Below, one piece after another: positions 38,486 to 48,229 of a DNA stretch of 64,000 bases. The position numbers and the translations under genes are program-made. The first letter of the stretch is position 1. Each line of letters opens with the position of its first letter. The stretch covers positions 101,428 to 165,427 of the forward strand of contig JBBIRS010000001.1 in assembly GCA_037441675.1 (NCBI GenBank), given 5' to 3'. The notes under the pieces are model-generated. The model saw only the letters and a program-made list of their open reading frames with translations. It searched no databases and was not told the origin of the DNA. This DNA is from Planctomycetales bacterium (lineage in GTDB: Bacteria; 4484-113).

Positions 38486-39484
38486 ATGTTAGAAAGGCTT
38501 GTAGAGCAAAAAGGCGCTGAATCGCCAGGCATCCCACAAGATGAACTTATGGTCGCAAACCAAGGGATTCAACGCATCATTGACAATGTTGAGAAGGTTA
38601 TATTTGGCAAATCAGAGGTAATCAGGAGAATTATAGGTGCAGTACTGGTAGATGGGCACGTTTTACTAGACGATGTGCCTGGCATTGGCAAGACTATGCT
38701 AGCTAAGGCTTTAGCAAAATCAATTTCCGCTGAATTCCGACGTATTCAATTCACACCTGATTTGTTACCATCGGACATTACTGGAAGCTATATTTTTAAC
38801 CAGAAAACCGGCGAGTTCACGTTTAGAGCCGGTCCTATTTTCGCAAATATTGTACTTGCAGATGAGATAAATCGCGCTTCACCGAGAACCCAGTCATCGC
38901 TCCTTGAAGCCATGGAGGAAAGACAGGTCACGGTTGATGGTGTCTCCCATGCTCTTCCTCAGCCATTTATTGTTATCGCAACTCAAAACCCGATTGAACA
39001 TGAAGGAACCTACGACCTACCGGAGGCTCAGCTGGATAGGTTCCTAATTCGGGTAAAAATAGGTTACCCTCCTTCTGATGAGGAGGCAGAAATACTAGAA
39101 GCGCAAAGAGAGGAGCATCCAATTCACTCGCTAAAGTCTGTGATTGACCTGCAAACCCTTGAAAAGTATAGAATTATGGCGAGAAAGGTATATGTCAAAC
39201 CAAGCATCAGGAGGTATATTGTAAGTATAAGTAACGAAACTCGTAGTCATCCGGATGTTCTGGTAGGAGCATCAATTCGCGGTAGTCTAGCCCTTATGCG
39301 TTCTGCTCAAGCAAAAGCTCTCATTGAGGGTAGAGATTACATTACGCCGGAAGACGTTAAGGAAATGGCGCCGTTAGTTTTGAGTCACAGGATAATTTTA
39401 CTTCCATCCGCATCGCTCTCTGGGCTTAAAAGTGAGACTACTATCCAAAATGTTCTAAAAAGAGTTCCAGTTCCTCTGCAATAA
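38486..39484 (+). CDS. MoxR-family AAA+ ATPase
   Basis: Walker A GIGKTMLAKALAKS, RIQFTPDLLPSDITG and Walker B LADEINRA. Confidence 0.9.
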   Translation: MLERLVEQKGAESPGIPQDELMVANQGIQRIIDNVEKVIFGKSEVIRRIIGAVLVDGHVLLDDVPGIGKTMLAKALAKSISAEFRRIQFTPDLLPSDITGSYIFNQKTGEFTFRAGPIFANIVLADEINRASPRTQSSLLEAMEERQVTVDGVSHALPQPFIVIATQNPIEHEGTYDLPEAQLDRFLIRVKIGYPPSDEEAEILEAQREEHPIHSLKSVIDLQTLEKYRIMARKVYVKPSIRRYIVSISNETRSHPDVLVGASIRGSLALMRSAQAKALIEGRDYITPEDVKEMAPLVLSHRIILLPSASLSGLKSETTIQNVLKRVPVPLQ

Positions 39485-39507
39485 GTTTATAGTAAGATTT
39501 ATTTGAG

Positions 39508-40749
39508 TTGAGCTTTCTTACCCCAAATTCTAAGGTTTTAATTGCTTTAACCGCATTCACAGGTGTCTTAGCACTCATATTTCAGGGGCACCTATTAGTC
39601 TACACCGGCATTTTGTTGTTGACCACATGTGTAACTCTCTTCATCTGGTCTTTCCAATGCACTAAGGGACTAACCATTGAGAGAGAACATACTCAAATAT
39701 GTATGAAGGGGCAGAACGTTTTAGTTACGTTAAAGCTCATAAACCGCAGCAAATATCCAAGATTTTTAGTCTTCGGATACGATTACTTTCCTGCCGAAAG
39801 AGCTGGAGACACTTATAAATCTGTTATCTTTCCATCGGTGGCAAAGCACTCTGAAGCCCTTTATAGATACCAAGCCTATGCAGCAAGACGAGGGGTTTAT
39901 AATGTGGGTCCATTTTATTTCTATTCAGGCGACCCACTCGGTTTCTTTCGCCATGTAAGAAAAGTTGATGTTTATACGAAGATTACGGTTGTTCCTGTTC
40001 CTCTGCCTACAAGGTTAAATTACCTACAGTCCCGTTCAAGGATCCAAAAGGACGAGTATTCAACCATTGCAGTTCCAGGTCAATCAACCGAATTTCTTGG
40101 AGTTAGGGAGTACCAGCATGGTGACCCACTTCGCAAGATTCATTGGATGTCCACTGCAAGGACAGGAGAGCTTATCACAAAGCAGTTTGAGAAAAACGTG
40201 GCTTCTTCGTTGTCCATACTGTTAATAAACTATCCAGAACTCTCAAATGGCAAATTTGAGGAGCATACACCCCTTGAATACTCCATAACCATAATCTCAA
40301 CTCTAGCCAACGAAGTCAGTCGTCGTAGAAGTTATGTTTCATTCAAAGAACTAAATGGGAACTCCCCTCGCTCTGCCTCGGGAATGGGTGAGAGCTTCTT
40401 TGAAACTCTCTCTTATACTTTAGCATCGGTCACAAAGGGGGAACCATTTGAGCTGAAAAGCTATTACGAAGAAATTATGCGTTCTTTACCTTCCAGCTCA
40501 GATTTAATAGTTATTATCCCAACGCTTTCCAGTATAGACGCTGAAATTCTCTCTCATTTGCGCCTGAATTTCAAAAGCTTATCAGTTCTTACCTTTGACT
40601 TAAATAGTTTTATCACTGCTGTTCCTAGAAGAGCAGAAAAAACCCGCTTTACCTTCGCAAGGAACTTTATGGCTTTTGAAATTGCATTTGGCGATGATTT
40701 GACTTCAAAGTTAGAACAATTTATTGGGAAAGCTGGTCTGATTAAATAG
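39508..40749 (+). CDS. DUF58 family protein (vWA-like), MoxR partner
   Basis: N-terminal TM helices; REYQHGDPLRKIHWMSTARTGELITKQFE core motif. Confidence 0.8.
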   Translation: MSFLTPNSKVLIALTAFTGVLALIFQGHLLVYTGILLLTTCVTLFIWSFQCTKGLTIEREHTQICMKGQNVLVTLKLINRSKYPRFLVFGYDYFPAERAGDTYKSVIFPSVAKHSEALYRYQAYAARRGVYNVGPFYFYSGDPLGFFRHVRKVDVYTKITVVPVPLPTRLNYLQSRSRIQKDEYSTIAVPGQSTEFLGVREYQHGDPLRKIHWMSTARTGELITKQFEKNVASSLSILLINYPELSNGKFEEHTPLEYSITIISTLANEVSRRRSYVSFKELNGNSPRSASGMGESFFETLSYTLASVTKGEPFELKSYYEEIMRSLPSSSDLIVIIPTLSSIDAEILSHLRLNFKSLSVLTFDLNSFITAVPRRAEKTRFTFARNFMAFEIAFGDDLTSKLEQFIGKAGLIK

Positions 40750-40752
40750 ATA

Positions 40753-43158
40753 ATGAGTACATCTCAGTTCACTGGCGTAATAGATAATAGGCGCAAAGGC
40801 GAAAGAATAGCGCTATTTCTAATAACCTGTCTGGCAAGCTTATTAGGCTTACATATCCTCGATCTTGGTCTTGACAACCTGCATTTCAAGTTAACGCTTG
40901 TGCCCATTCTAATAGCAGGTTTTGCCTTCAGTTACTCTCTTGACGAAAGGTACCATCGCGTCACCCGTGTAATCGTCAACATCCTTGCAGTCGTTTCAAC
41001 CTTCTATTTCTTTCGGCAGATAATTAACGACCCAACTTCCCTCGGTAACTGGTTGGGTATGCTACTTGGCGTCCTGATGGTTCTTCTCAGTTTTGTAGCG
41101 TTTGCACCGGTTACTCACAGGATGTTTGCAACCATTGGAATAGTCTTCACTCTATTTTCTGCAGCAGCTAGCTATGAGTTAAAGATTGTCATATTCTTTC
41201 CGATATTTATGGCATTAGCGGGGTGTCTTCTTTATTTTTCATATTCCTTGGAACTGGCTGAAAAGGCTCAGGGCTTTACCGTAAGTGAGGATAATCTCAA
41301 TGAGAAGGCATCTCTACGATGGTTCTCAGCTCTAAGAATTATCATTCAACTTGTGTTTGGTGTATTTATTCTGTCTATTATTGTTTACGTTATTGTTCCG
41401 CATTACACTGACGTTAACCGCCCAGCTTTTCTATTACCAAGAAGCGGAAGTCTTGGCGATACCTTTAATGCTCTTAACTTAGAAGACGGACTAGACGAAA
41501 CCGAAAGGACAGGTGAGGCATTGAATATCACTCGCTTTTCAGAGGAGTTTGATCTTTCCGGTTCTTCTTCAATCTTTGGTGATAGGCGATTGTTCGAGAG
41601 TGATGAGCCAGCCATTGCAATGCGTAGCTCACAAAATTCTTATCTCAGAGGAGTGGTGTTTGATCTTTACACCGGCAGGCGTTGGATGACTTCTACTGAT
41701 GCTGAAGCAGTTCGCATTAGACCGATCGGTGGTAGAAAATTTTATCTTCTCACAAACGTGTTCGGCTTCCCACTTTTGGATTTTCCCTCGCGTACACTAG
41801 AGAAAAATTACCTCTCTAGGATTAACGTCAGTGTAGTTGAAGGAAATCAATATTCATCAACTCAGAATATAGAACTAAATTATGACCTGCACACACAAGA
41901 AATTGAGTTTCTAAAGGATCATCCGCCAGTGATTTTCACTGCCTATCAACCAATTAGGATTGAAAACCTTAGCGCCGTTAGAAGGGCAAACGAACTGGCA
42001 GAAAGCCCCGTTCCCTTTATGGATGCTTTCTCTATCGTAAGAACTAGGCTTTCCAGACATCCCGCAGGATTTAGATACAATGCAACGGTCTTAAGCCCAA
42101 GGTATACTCGGTCAGCTTTAGTGCTAGCGGGTGATGGAGTTCCAGAAGGGATACGTAAGCTATACCTCCAGTTGCCGACCGAAGAGAATCTAAAAGCACT
42201 CAAAGAGATTTATGGTGATGATGTCGCGCCAGTATCCGAGAGAGTTCGTCGGCTAGCGAGAACGATAGTTTCCGAAAGCCAAAATGTTTACGAAAAGGTT
42301 CAAAAGATTTACGATTATCTAATGAGCGAGCTAACTTACACGCTGGACTTTCCTCCACTTCCAGCTGGAGCAGAAGCAACAGAGTACTTTCTTTTTAAGA
42401 CGCAGAATGGTTTCTGTATGCAGTTTGCTTCTGCAATGGCGGTTCTTTTAAGGCTCAATGACATACCCGCACGAGTGGTTGCCGGCTATGCTCCAGGACA
42501 ATATTCAATAATTCAGAACAAATATATATTCAAAGATAAAAATGCTCATGCGTGGGTGGAGGTATACTTTGATGGCATTGGCTGGGTGCCCTTTGACCCC
42601 TCACCAACCTCCTCGGATATCTTCACTCTTTCCGGTGTCAAGGCTATTGGTTCCACACTCCTTAATTTCCTTGAAAACCTCTTCGTAATTGACCCCCAAG
42701 GTGCTAGGCTTACCCTTTTGAAATTTCTTAAGGGCGTTTACACCATAATAGCGCCAATTGCGCTGAAGTTCTGGTATATTCCAGTGGTATTGGTTGGCTT
42801 CCTGCTCTTTTTAGTTATCGCTTTACATTTTCATAAAAGGATAAAAAGATTCAAACAGTTTTACGCCGAGAATGAAATAGTAGAATGCTTCAGAGAATTT
42901 CAAGAAACTCTTAGTAGATATGCAATGCCCCGTGAGGCTTATGAAACCGCTGGAGAATACTACGGAAGAATTTCTTATGTCTTTACTCCATTAAGGGACA
43001 GCTTAAAAGAATTTATTGACATCTACAGTCGAGCAGCATTCTCAGGAAGAATACCAACAGAACGGGATATCTCATTCGCTAGGGAATTCACTTCAAAGGC
43101 AAGGGAGTATATTGCCTCAGCTTCGGGGGACGAGATTAAAGATGCAAGTAGTATTTAA
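40753..43158 (+). CDS. membrane protein with a transglutaminase-like domain (TgpA-like) and a C-terminal DUF4129 domain
   Basis: Several N-terminal TM helices; Cys-His-Asp core FCMQFASAMAVLLRLNDIPARVVAGY...AHAWVEVYFDGIGWVPFDP; C-terminal TM followed by a DUF4129-like segment. Confidence 0.85.
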   Translation: MSTSQFTGVIDNRRKGERIALFLITCLASLLGLHILDLGLDNLHFKLTLVPILIAGFAFSYSLDERYHRVTRVIVNILAVVSTFYFFRQIINDPTSLGNWLGMLLGVLMVLLSFVAFAPVTHRMFATIGIVFTLFSAAASYELKIVIFFPIFMALAGCLLYFSYSLELAEKAQGFTVSEDNLNEKASLRWFSALRIIIQLVFGVFILSIIVYVIVPHYTDVNRPAFLLPRSGSLGDTFNALNLEDGLDETERTGEALNITRFSEEFDLSGSSSIFGDRRLFESDEPAIAMRSSQNSYLRGVVFDLYTGRRWMTSTDAEAVRIRPIGGRKFYLLTNVFGFPLLDFPSRTLEKNYLSRINVSVVEGNQYSSTQNIELNYDLHTQEIEFLKDHPPVIFTAYQPIRIENLSAVRRANELAESPVPFMDAFSIVRTRLSRHPAGFRYNATVLSPRYTRSALVLAGDGVPEGIRKLYLQLPTEENLKALKEIYGDDVAPVSERVRRLARTIVSESQNVYEKVQKIYDYLMSELTYTLDFPPLPAGAEATEYFLFKTQNGFCMQFASAMAVLLRLNDIPARVVAGYAPGQYSIIQNKYIFKDKNAHAWVEVYFDGIGWVPFDPSPTSSDIFTLSGVKAIGSTLLNFLENLFVIDPQGARLTLLKFLKGVYTIIAPIALKFWYIPVVLVGFLLFLVIALHFHKRIKRFKQFYAENEIVECFREFQETLSRYAMPREAYETAGEYYGRISYVFTPLRDSLKEFIDIYSRAAFSGRIPTERDISFAREFTSKAREYIASASGDEIKDASSI

Positions 43159-43900
43159 CGCGGATGACTTTGGCTTACATCCCGTGATTTCAGAAGGGAT
43201 ATTGAGGGCGCTTGATGCTGGTATCGTTCGTTCTACCTCGGTTCTGGCTACAACGGTAAGCTTGGATGAGCTAAACTCCTTTGAGAGGCTGAAAATAAGG
43301 GGAGGTTCTCTAGGCATCCATCTTTCCCTTACGCAGGGGAAACCCCTCACGGATTTTCCAGATGAATTTCTGAACGAAGACAAGAAATTCAAGAAAGAAA
43401 TTATGTTTTCTCCGATGGGTATTCCCCGTTTAGCCGAGGATATTCTTGAAAAAGAAATTCAAGCCCAGGTTGAAGCAATTATGCCATACGGTCCAACTCA
43501 CATTGATTCTCATCATCACATTCATTCGTTCCACTCAGTCCTTCAGATTGTTGCGAGATTCGCGCAAAAGTATGGCTTAGCGGTCAGAGCTCTTTCTGAA
43601 AGTATGCGCGGTTATCTTATCTCACAAGGGGTTCGATGCTGTGATGTTTTTATAGATGGCTTTTTTGGGAAAAATAACTTGACCGAGATGAAGTTACTAG
43701 CCTTGATAGAGGATGTATTACTTAAAGGCGCAAAAAAGGTAGAAGTTATGTGTCATCCTGGTTTCTCTAACAATCTCCCAAGGGGATTGACCTCATATGC
43801 AGATGAGAGAGAAATAGAACTCGGCATTCTAACCTCATCAGAACTTGCCAGCGAACTGAAACGAAGAGGGATTGAAATTATTAGCTATGACGCGGTTTAG
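43142..43900 (+). CDS. YdjC/ChbG-family carbohydrate deacetylase; its start overlaps the TgpA stop by 17 nt
   Basis: MQVVFNADDFGLHPVISEGILRALDAGIVRSTSVLATT, plus downstream His-rich metal-binding segments. Confidence 0.7.
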   Translation: MQVVFNADDFGLHPVISEGILRALDAGIVRSTSVLATTVSLDELNSFERLKIRGGSLGIHLSLTQGKPLTDFPDEFLNEDKKFKKEIMFSPMGIPRLAEDILEKEIQAQVEAIMPYGPTHIDSHHHIHSFHSVLQIVARFAQKYGLAVRALSESMRGYLISQGVRCCDVFIDGFFGKNNLTEMKLLALIEDVLLKGAKKVEVMCHPGFSNNLPRGLTSYADEREIELGILTSSELASELKRRGIEIISYDAV

Positions 43901-46556
43901 TATTTATCTAGAAGCTCTCGTAATCGTCACGGTTATGCCGTTATTCTTTTCTTGCGCTAGTGAAACTTCTGTGAGTGGCAGTAATCTTAGTTCTAGGGTT
44001 AATTATTCTCGACCTGGTGCCCATCCAATTGCGTCGGAACTTTCATCCCTAGACTCTGCGCTCAGGATTGGTTCATTCTATTTAATCTTTGGTAAGAATT
44101 CACCCTTGCGCGCAGAACTTGAGGAAGAAAATATAATTTTCTCTACCGTCTCAAGTGGCGAGCTTAGGATAAACGTAGTCCAGAAAATTTCATCCCCACT
44201 TGAATTTCAGATTTTATCTGATGATGGTTTAGTCGCGGATTACGTGTCTGTGATGAACATTGATGAAGCCGATCAGAGTACTTTTGGTGTTTTAATATCG
44301 GATGATAAGCGTGGTATTTCAGAGATTTATTTTTCGTCAGTAAGAAGGGCGGAAGTTCCTCCATCAACACTACTTGTAATTTTTAGAAAGCAGGCTTCGC
44401 ATGAAAGAAGTATAAGCTACAAGGTATTTGGCAACCCTGTGGGAAAAGCTTCATCCAAAGTCGTCTCTAGGGCATTTGAAGGTTCTAAAAACCAAGTTAC
44501 AGACCTTTCAGCCTCACCATCAGATGGCGGCTTTAGCCTCAGATGGAAAGAAAAAAATAAGGGTGATTACAACAATGACGGGAAAGTGACAATTGCAGAC
44601 GTTAGACCATTAGCTCTTCATTTTTTCCACACTTCTCCCTATAACGGAAATGAGCCAAGAGATGCGCTGGACGCATTAATTGATGGAAATGAGGATGGCG
44701 AAATCGACATTCAAGATGTTCAAGAAATTGCTCTGAACTTCTTTTCCTTCATAGCTGGCTATGATGTGTTCATTGTTCCACTTGAGTCTATTGATGATGA
44801 AGTAACTGAGAAGGATTTTCTCGCAAGTGGCTCAATTGCCAATCCGTACGATCCCAATAATCCACGTCCCACTGTTCCTCGTAGCAACTTCTACACAGAT
44901 GGGCTACCTCCAAGCGAATTAATAGAATACACCTTTAATTATCCACTTTCTCCGGGTATTTACGCCGTTGCAGTTCGCTCTTATTCCGATGAAGATGATA
45001 ACTATGATAGCGTCCCATTTTCCAACTTTGAGAAGTTTGAGATTTCTTCACTGCCGGTAAATCAGCCTCCACAGTGGACAAACCCCTCGGAGCCTGGCGT
45101 GTTGAGTTTTACCTCCCTAGATGGCGGGGCTAGAATAACCTTTGGTGATTCTTTTGATCCTGACGGTGATGAAATTATTTATAGAATTTTCATCAAGCAA
45201 GGACCATCACTTGATCCTTCTGACCCAACGGTAACAAGAATTGATGTTCTAAGAAGCGACTTGACGAGTACCCAAACACCCCCATTCACTTACGACGTAG
45301 GTGCTCTTGTTAATGGCTTATTTTACTCAGCAATGGTTAGAATTTACGATGCACATGGATTGGAAGAGAGCCCACCCAACTCAGTTGTTGCAACTTTTGT
45401 TCCACATTCAAGTGCCCCAAATCCCCTCCCCTGGCCATACTTTAGAAAGGATGAAGCAAGAACAGGGTTAAGTGTGTTGAATTCTCTACATGAGCCGCTG
45501 GAGGAAGTTTGGCGCAGAACTTATAAGGATTTCGGGTCTTTTAGCGGTGCTTCACCAGTGTTGGATGAAGCACTGGTTTATATAGCTTCCGTAGATGGCG
45601 CAGTTTGGGCTTTTGACCAGATTACTGGTGAGCTCAAGCTGAAACAAACTTTATCTCCAGGTTCAATTGAATCGACAAGCGCACTTTACGGCGATTACCT
45701 TATTCAAGGCGTGAGAGGCAGGTATCTCATCCTAACACGAGATGAAGATGGGGGTATGGTTCAGTTTTCACAATTCTCACTTGAGAGTCCTCTCGTGGTT
45801 CATTCGTCGCCGGTGATTATTGGTGGACTCATTTATGCAGGCAGTAACGAAGGCGATGTTTATGCGTTCAGCCTAGACGGTTTTCAACTCTGGAGGCAAG
45901 ACCTAGGAGTTAGCAGGATTTCTTCAAGCCCCACTACCGACGGAGAGTTCTTATACGTGGCGAACGACGAAGGTTTTGTTTTCAAACTGAGCTTGGATAG
46001 CGGTGAAATCGTAGATTTTTCCAACGACCTTGGGGATATTAGCTTTACTTCTCCTATCCCATTTCCACCTGAAAATCCAAGTTACATTCTAATCGGAAGC
46101 GACTATGATGGGCAGGGGGATAATGGTGTTTTTAGGCTTAATGCCCAAGATTTCAAGGATTCAGTCAAGCTTGCGACCAATCGCGGTATTAGGTGCACGC
46201 CGTTGGTTATCCAAAATGGCGCTACTACAACAGTTGTCGTAGGCGACTTCAACCCAGGGCTTGTTCCTGATCCAGAAACCAGGATTTACGCGTTTAACCT
46301 GGAAACTGGCGAAAAACTTTGGGAAACTCCTCCAACAACAAATATCGGAGGAGTAGTTTCATCTCCGGTTGCGACGGGGGACAGAATCTTTGTAGCTACT
46401 GCTACTGGGTTACTCTATGTTTTTGATTATGATGGAAACCAAATGGGGCAGGCCCTGAATGTCGGAGGGGCAGTTTACACTACACCTGCGATTAGAGAAA
46501 ATTGGATTTACCTCACGAATAGCCTAGCCGAGATAGTGGCTTTTAGAACCCAATAA
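43872..46556 (+). CDS. secreted, possibly lipoprotein, multidomain protein: dockerin-like Ca-binding repeats, an FN3-like region and a PQQ/BamB-like beta-propeller
   Basis: Signal peptide ending ...LFFSCAS; dockerin-like GDYNNDGKVTIADVRPLALHFF and DGNEDGEIDIQDVQEIALNFF; repeated PQQ-type blades such as ALVYIASVDGAVWAFD, GLIYAGSNEGDVYAF, EFLYVANDEGFVFKL and RIFVATATGLLYVFD. Confidence 0.6.
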   Translation: MKLLAMTRFSIYLEALVIVTVMPLFFSCASETSVSGSNLSSRVNYSRPGAHPIASELSSLDSALRIGSFYLIFGKNSPLRAELEEENIIFSTVSSGELRINVVQKISSPLEFQILSDDGLVADYVSVMNIDEADQSTFGVLISDDKRGISEIYFSSVRRAEVPPSTLLVIFRKQASHERSISYKVFGNPVGKASSKVVSRAFEGSKNQVTDLSASPSDGGFSLRWKEKNKGDYNNDGKVTIADVRPLALHFFHTSPYNGNEPRDALDALIDGNEDGEIDIQDVQEIALNFFSFIAGYDVFIVPLESIDDEVTEKDFLASGSIANPYDPNNPRPTVPRSNFYTDGLPPSELIEYTFNYPLSPGIYAVAVRSYSDEDDNYDSVPFSNFEKFEISSLPVNQPPQWTNPSEPGVLSFTSLDGGARITFGDSFDPDGDEIIYRIFIKQGPSLDPSDPTVTRIDVLRSDLTSTQTPPFTYDVGALVNGLFYSAMVRIYDAHGLEESPPNSVVATFVPHSSAPNPLPWPYFRKDEARTGLSVLNSLHEPLEEVWRRTYKDFGSFSGASPVLDEALVYIASVDGAVWAFDQITGELKLKQTLSPGSIESTSALYGDYLIQGVRGRYLILTRDEDGGMVQFSQFSLESPLVVHSSPVIIGGLIYAGSNEGDVYAFSLDGFQLWRQDLGVSRISSSPTTDGEFLYVANDEGFVFKLSLDSGEIVDFSNDLGDISFTSPIPFPPENPSYILIGSDYDGQGDNGVFRLNAQDFKDSVKLATNRGIRCTPLVIQNGATTTVVVGDFNPGLVPDPETRIYAFNLETGEKLWETPPTTNIGGVVSSPVATGDRIFVATATGLLYVFDYDGNQMGQALNVGGAVYTTPAIRENWIYLTNSLAEIVAFRTQ

Positions 46557-46679
46557 CAGTCAGCATTTTCAATTACCGCTAACTAAATCGTGTAATGATA
46601 CTCCTCATTTTGTAATAATGCCCTAAAGCTTTAAACTTTACTAATAGTTTTTTAGCCAATATACTAATAAATAATCAGG

Positions 46680-47426
46680 ATGAAGTACGCTCTGAATGCG
46701 CTGGATTTTGTGGGTGGCTTAGGTGTGTATTTGTGGAGGACTTTATACTTTCTCGCCACAGGGAAACTTAACTACAGACTAACTACTCGCCAAATGGATC
46801 TGCTCGGGATTAATTCAGTTCCCCTTGCTATGTTAGTATTAGCTTTTGTCGGGGCGACTGTAACTTATCTACTCGTTGAAGAACTTGGTAAACGTGGTCT
46901 TAGTTCTTACATTGGTGGATTTCTTCTCGTGGGATTACTGAGAGAACTTATCCCAATACTTACCGGGGTTGTTTTGGCAGGCAAGGCTGGAGCTGCAATT
47001 ACTAGTGAAATTGGGTCGATGAAAATAACCTCGCAGATTGATGCCCTTGAAGCGCTTTCCACTGACCCACATTGGTTTCTAACCGCTCCCCGAGTAATAG
47101 CTCTTATCATCACAACACCTGTAGTGGGAACGTTTGCAGGTTTTGCTGGTTTTTATGCTGGCTACTTTATGGTTTACGCCAAGCTTGGTATGCCATTTGC
47201 GGGTTATGTCGCTAATATAGATAAGTTTGTAACTGATAACGACTTCTTTGCCTGTTTAATAAAGCTCATTATCTTCGGTGCCGTTGTAGCTATAACTGGC
47301 TGTTTTATGGGCTATCGCGTGGAAGGTGGCGCTGAAGGCGTGGGCAAGTATGTCACATTGTCTGTTGTCTTGAGTATAGTTTTAATCTTTGGCCTTGACC
47401 TTCTCTTATTGCCAGTACTATTTTAA
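46680..47426 (+). CDS. mlaE: MlaE-family ABC transporter permease
   Basis: YrbE/MlaE-like topology and conserved N-terminal LDFVGGLG...[13 protein letters not shown]. Confidence 0.8.
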   Translation: MKYALNALDFVGGLGVYLWRTLYFLATGKLNYRLTTRQMDLLGINSVPLAMLVLAFVGATVTYLLVEELGKRGLSSYIGGFLLVGLLRELIPILTGVVLAGKAGAAITSEIGSMKITSQIDALEALSTDPHWFLTAPRVIALIITTPVVGTFAGFAGFYAGYFMVYAKLGMPFAGYVANIDKFVTDNDFFACLIKLIIFGAVVAITGCFMGYRVEGGAEGVGKYVTLSVVLSIVLIFGLDLLLLPVLF

Positions 47427-47427
47427 G

Positions 47428-48210
47428 ATGTTGGAACTTAGAAAAGTTAGCGCTGGCTATAATGGCCAGGTAGTCCTTAAAGATATTAACCTAAATGTCC
47501 CCGAGCAAAGCATAACTGCCATCATAGGAACTTCTGGCTCCGGCAAAAGCACTCTCTTGCGAGTGATAATGGGCTTCTTAAAGCCTTACTCCGGAGAAGT
47601 GCTCGTTGATAACGAAGACATAGCAAATAGTAGCCCCGCTTCAGTTGCCAAGCTTCGGGAGAAGATGGGATTGGTTTTCCAGGAGCTAGCTCTCTTTGAT
47701 TCATTAACGGTGGAAGAAAACGTTGCTTTCTACCCACATTACCGCCAGAAACGCAAATGGAGGGAAGTTGTCCCCCTTGTGAAAGGGATACTAAAGGAGT
47801 TGGGTCTTGAAGGTTTGGAGAAGAAATATCCTTCAGAGCTTTCGGGGGGAATGAAACGGAGGGTTGCAATTGCCCGTTCTCTCATATATCGCCCAAAGAT
47901 ACTACTTTACGATGAACCAACAGCTGGTTTGGATCCTACAACAACCGCATTGGTTAACGACCTAGTTGTTGAAATGCGCACCAAGTTCAAGGTCAGCTCC
48001 TTAATCGTGACTCACGATTTGGAAAGTGTTCTTAACATTGCGGATAATGTTTATCTACTATCAAATGGCACTGCCAGTTTTATTGGCGCTCCCATATCAC
48101 TGCTTGTTAGCAATGACGAGCGGGTGGTTAAATTTACCGCCTCTTGGCGTAAGTATTTCAGAGAAATCCAAGGTATAGTTGAAAGAGAGGAGAGTGGAAC
48201 CATCAATTAG
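47428..48210 (+). CDS. mlaF: MlaF-like ABC transporter ATP-binding protein
   Basis: Walker [13 protein letters not shown] signature LSGGMKRR and Walker B LLYDEPT. Confidence 0.85.
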   Translation: MLELRKVSAGYNGQVVLKDINLNVPEQSITAIIGTSGSGKSTLLRVIMGFLKPYSGEVLVDNEDIANSSPASVAKLREKMGLVFQELALFDSLTVEENVAFYPHYRQKRKWREVVPLVKGILKELGLEGLEKKYPSELSGGMKRRVAIARSLIYRPKILLYDEPTAGLDPTTTALVNDLVVEMRTKFKVSSLIVTHDLESVLNIADNVYLLSNGTASFIGAPISLLVSNDERVVKFTASWRKYFREIQGIVEREESGTIN

Positions 48211-48229
48211 TTAATACTAGGAGTGGAAT

